44,875 bases of DNA, taken from a bacterium (GTDB lineage: Bacteria; Patescibacteriota; Minisyncoccia; Phycocordibacterales; GWA1-40-21). The position numbers and the translations under genes are program-made. The notes beneath the pieces were generated by a model that saw only the letters and a list, made by a program, of their open reading frames with translations, made no database searches and was not told the origin of the DNA. Below are positions 18,086 through 25,449 of the stretch, one piece after another (the first letter of the stretch is position 1; every line of letters begins with the position of its first letter). The stretch covers positions 1-44,875 of the forward strand of contig JBFZBC010000005.1 in NCBI GenBank assembly GCA_041308645.1, written 5' to 3'.

Positions 18086-18733
18086 TTAAACTTGTCCTGG
18101 AAAAATACTTATTTGATTAAAAGGTATGAGTCTTAAAAATGGTCGGCCCATGATCAAGTCTCTTTTAACAGGCCCCCAGATACGAGAGTCAGCACTGACA
18201 GGGCGGTTGTCTCCTAATACAAAATACTCGCCATCTTTTAAAGTAACAGTAATGTCCTGCCTTGGTGCTGGTGGCGGGTTTAATTTGTTAGCTTTTTTAA
18301 TATAGGGCTCTTCAAGGACAAATTTATTTACATCAGTTTGACAATTTGGTTTACAAATAGTCACGATGCCGTCTGTGATTTGAATAGTTTCTCCTGGTAG
18401 TCCAATTATTCTCTTGATGAAATATTTTTTTATATCTAGTGGATAGTGAAAAATAATCACCTCACTACGTTTTGGGTTTCTAAATTGGTATGTAAGTTGA
18501 TCAACTATTAAGTATTGGCCATTAGCAAAAGTGTTATCCATTGACGGTCCACTGACTAAGAAAGGTTGGGCGACATAAATCCTTATAGGGATAACGATGA
18601 TAAGAGAAATAGCGACAATTTGTATCAATTCACCCCAAAAGCTTTTTCTAAATCGGGTAAATACCCCCGGTCTTTCCGTTACTTGATTTTCTTGCTCTAT
18701 TTGGTTCATAATCAACGTTATTGTATTACACAA
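18086..18733 (-). CDS. lepB: signal peptidase I
   Basis: S26 motifs SGPSM (Ser nucleophile) and GDNRPVSADSR. N-terminal TM helix. The start is probably the Met at aa 9. Confidence 0.9.
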   Translation of the reverse strand: MCNTITLIMNQIEQENQVTERPGVFTRFRKSFWGELIQIVAISLIIVIPIRIYVAQPFLVSGPSMDNTFANGQYLIVDQLTYQFRNPKRSEVIIFHYPLDIKKYFIKRIIGLPGETIQITDGIVTICKPNCQTDVNKFVLEEPYIKKANKLNPPPAPRQDITVTLKDGEYFVLGDNRPVSADSRIWGPVKRDLIMGRPFLRLIPFNQISIFPGQV

Positions 18734-18846
18734 TCATGTTTGACACAAGAGAAATATCACTGTTATAATATTTTTACTTGTCCTGTTAAAAAATCAACGG
18801 GGTATAATATAAGGACATTTTATTAAATTTAAATTTTTTAATTAGG

Positions 18847-19449
18847 ATGACAAAAAATTATATTATTGTTGGTTTAGGAAATCCTGGCGAAGAATATGAG
18901 GGTACAAGACATAATGTAGGACGTATGGTTTTAGATGCTTTTTTAAAAGTTCAAGATTTGAAAGACTGGCAGGAAGATAAGAATTTGAAAGCCTTAAAAA
19001 CAGAAGTAAAAATGGGTAAGAATAAAGCTGTGCTTTTGAAACCAGAAACTTTTATGAACAAAAGTGGAGAGTCAGTAAAATCTCTTATCAAAAGCAAGAA
19101 AGCCGCAGAAACATTGGTAGTGATTCATGATGATTTAGATTTACCATTAGGGAAAATTAAAATTTCTTTTAATAAAAGTTCTGGAGGTCATAAAGGCGTG
19201 GAGTCTGTAATGCGGGCGGTAAAGACCGAGGCCTTTATTCGTTTACGTTTAGGAATTTCTGGTGAGACAGCTAGCGGTAAAATAAAAAAGCCACAAGGGG
19301 AAGAAAAAGTTATAAAGTCTATTTTAGGGGAATTTAAGAAGGACGAGGTTTTGGAAGTAAAAAAAATAATCAAGAAAGCCGTTCTTGGTTTGGAACTTAT
19401 TATTAAAGAAGGTTGGGAAAAAGCAGCAAGTAAACTTGGTACTTTATAA
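18847..19449 (+). CDS. pth: peptidyl-tRNA hydrolase
   Basis: 200 aa. The VGLGNPGEEYEGTRHNVG signature. Confidence 0.95.
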   Translation: MTKNYIIVGLGNPGEEYEGTRHNVGRMVLDAFLKVQDLKDWQEDKNLKALKTEVKMGKNKAVLLKPETFMNKSGESVKSLIKSKKAAETLVVIHDDLDLPLGKIKISFNKSSGGHKGVESVMRAVKTEAFIRLRLGISGETASGKIKKPQGEEKVIKSILGEFKKDEVLEVKKIIKKAVLGLELIIKEGWEKAASKLGTL

Positions 19450-19452
19450 AAT

Positions 19453-19481
19453 AAAAAACCCTATTGATTTTAGGGTTTTTT
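19453..19481. terminator. bidirectional terminator between the convergent pth and surface-protein genes
   Basis: aaaaaacccta-ttgattt-tagggtttttt, with an A run and a T run on either side. Confidence 0.7.
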
Positions 19482-19485
19482 ATTA

Positions 19486-20904
19486 TTAGTTTACGTAAAC
19501 TGAACAAGTTTGACTTACTTTATAATTATCACCGTCAGTAACTGTGACAGTGGCATATTTCCAGCCACTGGAGGTATAAGTCTTAATTGGATTTTTAGAT
19601 GAGCTGTCTAAGCCGTTTGTTCCTGTCCATTTATAATCATAATCTTCATCACCACCAGAAGAATCAGCAGACCAACGTACTCGGTCCCCAGTTTCAGGAT
19701 TATTTGGACTAACAGAACAGGACACACTTAAATTATTGTAGTAGTAATTATTGTTGTAACTTATGAAATTACCATAACCATCATAATAATTACTGTTAGT
19801 CGTGTCACAATTATAAGTGAAAAAACCATTCACATAACAACCGTTATTATAACCAGTATTATAATTATAATTGGTATTATTATAATTAATATTGTAAGTT
19901 AAGTTAGTGATAGTTGAAGTAATTATGTTGTTATATTCAACACTTTCACTAACTTGATTTTGAGGATCAACATTTATTGTGATGATATTTGAATATTGAT
20001 TATTCAAATTACTGAAACCTAAAGTAAAAATAATACTTTCTCCAGGTCGTAGAGAGATTTGAGTATTTGAATTATAGGTTGGTGTAGAGAGAGAGGGGAG
20101 GACAGCAGTAAAGTTCCATGGTCCAGTTGCTGTTTCACCATCATTTCTTACCTCAAATTTTATTCCAACCATATCAGAATATCTAAATTGATTTTGGGTA
20201 GTAATAAGATTTGTTTGGCTATTTAATAAACCAACTTGAATTACTCTTATTGCTAAATCTGCTTTACCATAATATGTTGGATAAGTTACAGTCGGGCTGT
20301 AAGTATTTTGGGTACTTGTTGTGTTGTTAGAAGAAGTTGTTGTGGAAACAGCTATCACTCCAACAGAATCATTTTTTATTGTTATTCTAGCGACTCCTAC
20401 CACCTCTGATTTCTGAGTCGAATTATTTTCAAAAGAACCAGTCATAACTAACCTAACCACACTTTCATTAGTTGACGGCCTTATGGTGATTGAAGTTTCA
20501 TTATCTAAAAGATAATAAGGGGTATCACAGTTTATAGCCTTAAAACCGTTTGTTTCTACTGAGACAAGGTTAATATTTTGATTTGAATCACAACTATAAG
20601 AAACAGTGAAGAGACCGTCAGTCATATCACCCCTTTTAAAATTAATAGTAAAATCTTCACCAGAGTTTATAATATTTTTATTAATTGTTAAAGTAGCATT
20701 TTCAGCTGGGACAAATATTGAATAGAGGGCAGCAGAAAGAGAATTTGAAATCCTAGACATAACGCCAGGTATATAAGAGACAGAAACTAAAATTATTAAA
20801 ATAATAAAAGCCACTAAGATTGCACCAAGCAATCCTTTTACAGTTAGGTTTGCAAACCAATTATAGGTTTTGCTAAATATTCCTTTTTCTTCGTTTTTTT
20901 CCAT
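19486..20904 (-). CDS. membrane-anchored surface protein (CARDB-like region, N/Y-rich low-complexity segment, C-terminal PKD-like module)
   Basis: 472 aa. N-terminal TM helix. An Asn/Tyr-rich stretch at aa 335-391. The C-terminal 80 aa are closely related to the repeats of the 568-aa protein (WTGT(N/D)GLDSSS). Confidence 0.7.
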   Translation of the reverse strand: MEKNEEKGIFSKTYNWFANLTVKGLLGAILVAFIILIILVSVSYIPGVMSRISNSLSAALYSIFVPAENATLTINKNIINSGEDFTINFKRGDMTDGLFTVSYSCDSNQNINLVSVETNGFKAINCDTPYYLLDNETSITIRPSTNESVVRLVMTGSFENNSTQKSEVVGVARITIKNDSVGVIAVSTTTSSNNTTSTQNTYSPTVTYPTYYGKADLAIRVIQVGLLNSQTNLITTQNQFRYSDMVGIKFEVRNDGETATGPWNFTAVLPSLSTPTYNSNTQISLRPGESIIFTLGFSNLNNQYSNIITINVDPQNQVSESVEYNNIITSTITNLTYNINYNNTNYNYNTGYNNGCYVNGFFTYNCDTTNSNYYDGYGNFISYNNNYYYNNLSVSCSVSPNNPETGDRVRWSADSSGGDEDYDYKWTGTNGLDSSSKNPIKTYTSSGWKYATVTVTDGDNYKVSQTCSVYVN

Positions 20905-20975
20905 ATTATTTTAATGATATAATGTTAGCTACTGGTAAACTTGCACTAATTTGTACTTAGCGCTATTATACTACA

Positions 20976-21584
20976 ATGCTTACAAAAAGTCAAATTAAAT
21001 TAGTTAAATATTCTATAATCATCTTTTTAGCCTTATTTATCTTGGTGTATTCGGCTGGTTTATTACCGGGAACGGATAAGGGTGATACCATCAAAATCCT
21101 ATGGGATAAGGCTCAGCAAGGAGAGATTAATAAGCAAATTGATCAAGGATATATGGTTGCTGTAAATCCGACTCGGATTGTGATAGATCAAATTGGGGTT
21201 GATACCCTTGTTTCTAATCCTAAAACAACAAACGCCACAACCTTAGATGACTATTTAAAGCAAGGAGCGGTAAGATATTACGGTTCAGGTTTTGTTGGTA
21301 GTGGAAATATGTTTATTTTTGGTCATAGTTCTGGATGGACAGTGGTAAATAATCAAGCCTATAAAACCTTTAATGGCCTTAAAGATTTGAAGCGGGGAGA
21401 TATTATTAAAGTTTATGGTGGATCTTCAATCTATGAATATAAGGTGTCCTCGGTTGTAATGAAACTGGCGAGCGAGGTGGAAATCAACTTTGATAGCACA
21501 AAAAATATGCTGACCCTTACTACTTGTAATGTCTTTGGGGATAAAGAAGACCGTTATATAGTGGAAGCAGATTTTATCCAATAA
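20976..21584 (+). CDS. sortase family transpeptidase
   Basis: 202 aa. N-terminal TM anchor, catalytic His (IFGHSS), TLxTC motif (LTLTTC), downstream Arg (DRYIVEA). Confidence 0.75.
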   Translation: MLTKSQIKLVKYSIIIFLALFILVYSAGLLPGTDKGDTIKILWDKAQQGEINKQIDQGYMVAVNPTRIVIDQIGVDTLVSNPKTTNATTLDDYLKQGAVRYYGSGFVGSGNMFIFGHSSGWTVVNNQAYKTFNGLKDLKRGDIIKVYGGSSIYEYKVSSVVMKLASEVEINFDSTKNMLTLTTCNVFGDKEDRYIVEADFIQ

Positions 21585-21739
21585 TTATTTTTCATAGGGC
21601 TATTTTTTAATTAGCTTGACTTTTTTATTTGATTATGTTAGTATTATAAGAGATAGTTTCTCTATAACATATATCATTAATAGCAGGACTATATTTATAG
21701 TCGTGCGTGATAGAAACTGGAGAAACAAGGGGGTTTGGT

Positions 21740-22288
21740 ATGAAGAAGTACTTTGTAGTAATGATTATAGCATTGGTTGGAACAGTAGCCTTAGGGACTA
21801 ATCAGATTGAAGTCGGCACTAGTGTTATTTTCCCTTCAGGTGGTGACGTGGAGAATGGTGATATCGGTTTTGGTATTCAAGGGGTTATGCCTTTGAATGA
21901 GACATTTGACATGGAGCTGTCTATATCCAAATTTGGAGATAGTTTAGGCATCACCGAGATGTCGCTTACTCAGTTTGGAGCGACCTTGAGATGGAATCAT
22001 TCTATCTCAGATCTTTCGAAGTTCTATGTTGGTGCTGGTTTAAATTTTAACCAGTTGAAGGCGGAGATCATCAACTCAGATATCAATGTCCAAATGGAAA
22101 ATGTGGCAGGGTGCCATGGAGTCATTGGGCTTGAGAAAGTAGTTAAGGATAAGTGGGTGCTTTTCCTTGATTACCGCTACACAAAACTGGAAACCACCGC
22201 CGTTGTTTCTGGGGGTGGAATGAGTGAAGTTGTGGATGGAACATATGACCATGCCATTGTGCGGGCAGGAGTAAATTTACTCTTTTAA
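21740..22288 (+). CDS. outer-membrane-protein-like small beta-barrel protein
   Basis: The start was moved to MKKYFVV (SD aaggggg at 21727-21733). Signal peptide, alternating hydrophobic strands, C-terminal RAGVNLLF ending in Phe. GC is about 43% in a sampled line. Confidence 0.5.
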   Translation: MKKYFVVMIIALVGTVALGTNQIEVGTSVIFPSGGDVENGDIGFGIQGVMPLNETFDMELSISKFGDSLGITEMSLTQFGATLRWNHSISDLSKFYVGAGLNFNQLKAEIINSDINVQMENVAGCHGVIGLEKVVKDKWVLFLDYRYTKLETTAVVSGGGMSEVVDGTYDHAIVRAGVNLLF

Positions 22289-22298
22289 GTTTTGCACT

Positions 22299-22332
22299 AA
22301 AGGCCCAAACGTTAGACGTTTGGGCCTTTTTT
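22299..22332 (+). terminator. rho-independent terminator
   Basis: aggcccaaacgt-tag-acgtttgggcct is a perfect 12-bp stem followed by a T run. Confidence 0.8.
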
Positions 22333-22359
22333 AAAATAAATTAATTCTTCATTTATATC

Positions 22360-22387
22360 TTGACAAAAATCTTCTTTTGTGTATAAT
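22360..22387 (+). promoter_or_regulatory. sigma70-like promoter for the 568-aa surface protein
   Basis: TTGACA (22360-22365), 16-nt spacer ending in TG, TATAAT (22382-22387). Confidence 0.5.
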
Positions 22388-22478
22388 TATAAATGATCTA
22401 TAAGTTTGTATTTGAAGGTGAATATTTGATTATATTCATTTTTACTTATTTCTAGACTAAAAAACAGACACAAATAAA

Positions 22479-24185
22479 ATGAAAAATTTAAAATTAAAAT
22501 TTGATAGCAGAAGTTCATTGATGGCCAGTATTTTTATACTGTTATCTATTTTATTATTTACTTCTTTTTCTATAAACACTGAGGCCTCTAGTATTCTTCA
22601 AGCAATAAATAATGCTGCTTCAGCTCAAACTGGCGGATTATCCTCTGGATCAAATACTAGTGGTGGCAGTATTCTTCAAAATGTAAATACTTCTGCAAGT
22701 AATATCTCTTCTACAAATTCTACCCGTGGTGGAAGTATTCCTCAAAACGTAAATAGTTCAGTTAATAATATATCTTCTAATAATTCTTTTGTTTCAAGAT
22801 CTCAATCTTGTTCTATACCATATACAGCTGGTAGAATTATTGTTAATTTTTCTAATACCTCAATCCTTTCTGACAGAGGAGCAGAAAGATCTCAATTTAC
22901 TGTTAATGCTAATATTCCTGCTGGAACTTATCTCGTGACACTTTATGGTTATAATGAATATGCTAATAGGGTAAATGTCAGTCAACCAAATGAAAGATAT
23001 TATGTCAGACTTTCGAATGGTGTAACTTCAAATTCACTTTCTGATTTACCAGACCATGTTATTTTGGGTCAAAGAACCGAAGTGGTAAACAATTCTTTAG
23101 TTGTTTCTAATAATGTTACATCTGTTACCGCAGTTCATTCTGTTTACCCAGATAGCTCAAGTCCAAACAGTATTACACTTGGTTGTGCTGCTTTTGATTT
23201 AATTTCAGCCACAACCCAAACCCAAACCCAAACCCTAAATGGTTCTTGTTCAGTTAGTCCAAACAGTATTAATTCTGGTGGTTATCTAAACTGGACAGCT
23301 TCTGCTTCTGGTGGAAACAGTTCATACTCATACTCTTGGACAGGTACTGATGGTTTATATGGAAATTCTTCTTATGTTTCTAAACCATATTCTACCGCCG
23401 GTACAAAAACTGGTACTGTCACTATTACTTCTGGAACACAGAGTATTTCTCGTGATTGTAGCGCGATAGTAACTACGGTAGTAAATAATAATTTATCTGT
23501 TTCCTGTAATGTTGGACCATCAACGGCTGATGTTGATGAAGATGTTGACTGGAGTGCTTCTGCTTATGGTGGTACCGGCTCATATTCTTATGATTGGAGT
23601 GGAACTGATAGTTTAAGTGGAAGCCGATCAAATATTACTTGGAGTTATAATGATGCTGGAACTAAAAGAGGTATCGTTACAGTTACTTCTGGTGGTGAGT
23701 CAGCTAGTGCCTCTTGTACCACGAGGGTTGTTGAGGAGCAGAGTTATAATGATCTAAATGTTTCTTGTTATGCCAGTCCTTCTTATGCTCAAACTGGTAG
23801 TCGGGTAAATTGGTATGCCAATGTTTATGGTGGTGATGGAGATTACGATTATGATTGGACTGGAACTGATGGTTTAGATAGTTCAAGCCGATCACCATCA
23901 ATGACTTATTATAATATCGGTAATAAAAGAGCTACAGTTAGAGTAGAGGACGGTAGTGGCCGAAGTGAATCAACAACATGTTATGCTAATGTTAATTCTG
24001 TTTTAGCTTATACCGAAGGTTACCAACCACCAATGGCTTCTGCTGTTTACTTAAGTCAAATTCCTTATACTGGTGTTAAGGATAATCTAAGCTTGGCAAT
24101 ATTTATTGGCTTACTCTCACTGTTTAGCGTTTGGATTTCTTATATTATTATTTCTTTCAAAAGAAATAATGGGGAATTAATTTAA
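22479..24185 (+). CDS. sortase-substrate-like surface protein with three PKD-like modules
   Basis: 568 aa. Signal peptide. Duplicated GGSI(L/P)QNVN..NISS segment. Three ~80-aa Cys-bracketed modules (aa 253-331, 339-417, 426-505). C-terminal IPYTG, then a hydrophobic helix and a KRNN tail. Confidence 0.75.
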   Translation: MKNLKLKFDSRSSLMASIFILLSILLFTSFSINTEASSILQAINNAASAQTGGLSSGSNTSGGSILQNVNTSASNISSTNSTRGGSIPQNVNSSVNNISSNNSFVSRSQSCSIPYTAGRIIVNFSNTSILSDRGAERSQFTVNANIPAGTYLVTLYGYNEYANRVNVSQPNERYYVRLSNGVTSNSLSDLPDHVILGQRTEVVNNSLVVSNNVTSVTAVHSVYPDSSSPNSITLGCAAFDLISATTQTQTQTLNGSCSVSPNSINSGGYLNWTASASGGNSSYSYSWTGTDGLYGNSSYVSKPYSTAGTKTGTVTITSGTQSISRDCSAIVTTVVNNNLSVSCNVGPSTADVDEDVDWSASAYGGTGSYSYDWSGTDSLSGSRSNITWSYNDAGTKRGIVTVTSGGESASASCTTRVVEEQSYNDLNVSCYASPSYAQTGSRVNWYANVYGGDGDYDYDWTGTDGLDSSSRSPSMTYYNIGNKRATVRVEDGSGRSESTTCYANVNSVLAYTEGYQPPMASAVYLSQIPYTGVKDNLSLAIFIGLLSLFSVWISYIIISFKRNNGELI

Positions 24186-24198
24186 GAGGAAATTCCAA

Positions 24199-24255
24199 AA
24201 CTAATGTCTGAGAAAAATCCGCATAATAAATGCGGATTTTTCTCAGACATTAGTT
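24199..24255 (+). terminator. 26-bp perfect hairpin (terminator-like) after the surface protein gene
   Basis: aactaatgtctgagaaaaatccgcat (24199-24224), loop aataa, atgcggatttttctcagacattagtt (24230-24255). Confidence 0.6.
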
Positions 24256-24350
24256 CTTCTTACTTAAGTGACATTTGTCAGTAACAATAATCGCCCGTCG
24301 AAAAACTCTTCGGTTGGTTTTTATTTTTTATAATTTTCTATTATTTTCCT

Positions 24351-24378
24351 TTGTCAAAACTATGCGGGGGGGTATAAT
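24351..24378 (+). promoter_or_regulatory. sigma70-like promoter for the pilin-like gene
   Basis: TTGTCA (24351-24356), 16-nt spacer, TATAAT (24373-24378). Confidence 0.45.
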
Positions 24379-24426
24379 ACTCATTGTGTTTATTATTTAT
24401 TAACTTATCCACATAAGATAAAAAAC

Positions 24427-25296
24427 ATGTCTCACAAAAAAGGATTTACATTACTTGAAGTATTATTAGTCGTTGGTATCATCGCCATCCTCGCTGGTAT
24501 AGTGATACTTGCCATCAACCCCTCTAAACAGTTAGCCACTGTCCGTAACACCGAACGTAAATCTGACATCAAACAAATATATAGTGCTCTGACTCAATAC
24601 TACATAGATAACTTCCATTATCCTACTTCTCTCACTAGCACATTAACAGAAATCTGTGATACTGGTGCTAATGCTTCTTCTTCAGGACTAACCATCACCT
24701 GCACTAATGCCGGTCTGATCAACCTCTCTGAACTCATCCCCCCCTATCTGACAGCCATCCCTAAAGACCCTAGCGCTACCACCACTAATCATGCCGGTTA
24801 TCAAATAGTCCTCGCTAGTAACAAAATCGGTCTCTCTGCTCCAGCGGAATTAGGACAGACTATTACGATAGGGACGGTAGCTTGTGGCACAAGCGGAGAT
24901 GCTACTGATCCAGATTGTTGGTCCGATCAGGGTCCTGGTACTTATGCTTGGGGACCGATGGCTACAACAACTAATATCAATAGTCCTACTGACGGTAAGG
25001 CGAATACCCTCGTTCTCGTCGCTCTTGCTGGTAGCTATCCCGCAGCGGAATACTGTAATGCTTTAACCGAAGGCGATGTTCCCGCTGGTACTTGGTATCT
25101 ACCAGCCAAAGATCAATTATGGGCTGGTTGGGATACTGTTTGGGGTCGCTCAGGAGGTTTCCCAAGCTACGATTACTGGTCTTCTACTGAGCACTCGGCC
25201 AATCCAGAGAACGTTGCCTGGTACTTGGTCACGTACTTCGACAACATGAGCAGCAACTTTAAGGACCATCAGGGCTCCGTCCGTTGTCTTCGCTAG
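24427..25296 (+). CDS. type IV pilin-like protein with a C-terminal DUF1566 (Lcl C-terminal-like) domain
   Basis: Prepilin leader and methylation motif KKGFTLLEVLLVVGIIAILA. The C-terminus (WYLPAKDQL...YWSSTE...AWY...SVRCLR) matches the DUF1566 pattern as I remember it. GC is about 53% in a sampled line. Confidence 0.75.
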   Translation: MSHKKGFTLLEVLLVVGIIAILAGIVILAINPSKQLATVRNTERKSDIKQIYSALTQYYIDNFHYPTSLTSTLTEICDTGANASSSGLTITCTNAGLINLSELIPPYLTAIPKDPSATTTNHAGYQIVLASNKIGLSAPAELGQTITIGTVACGTSGDATDPDCWSDQGPGTYAWGPMATTTNINSPTDGKANTLVLVALAGSYPAAEYCNALTEGDVPAGTWYLPAKDQLWAGWDTVWGRSGGFPSYDYWSSTEHSANPENVAWYLVTYFDNMSSNFKDHQGSVRCLR

Positions 25297-25334
25297 CATT
25301 CTTTCAGCATTTCTTTATCTCTTTATCTCTTTAT

Positions 25335-25377
25335 CCTCTCTAAAACGGCTCTGGTACTCCAGAGCATTTTAGAGAGG
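25335..25377 (+). terminator. hairpin after the pilin-like gene
   Basis: cctctctaaaa-cg-gctctgg / ccagagc-a-ttttagagagg, preceded by a 3 x tctttatc repeat (25312-25335). No clear T run follows. Confidence 0.45.
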
Positions 25378-25403
25378 GAGTGTTTATAATTATTTAATTA
25401 TAA

Positions 25404-25427
25404 AAGCCCGCGGTAATCCGCAGGCTT
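25404..25427 (-). terminator. terminator after thrS
   Basis: aagcccgcgg-taat-ccgcaggctt with one mismatch; T-rich downstream on the minus strand. Confidence 0.5.
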
Positions 25428-25449
25428 TATGTTTGTTGTTATTAATTTT

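Noticed and set aside
23215-23240. (cccaaa)x3-plus hexamer repeat encoding TQTQTQT as a phase-variation switch
   Set aside because: The repeat unit is 6 nt, so slippage stays in frame. At most it varies linker length and cannot act as an on/off switch.
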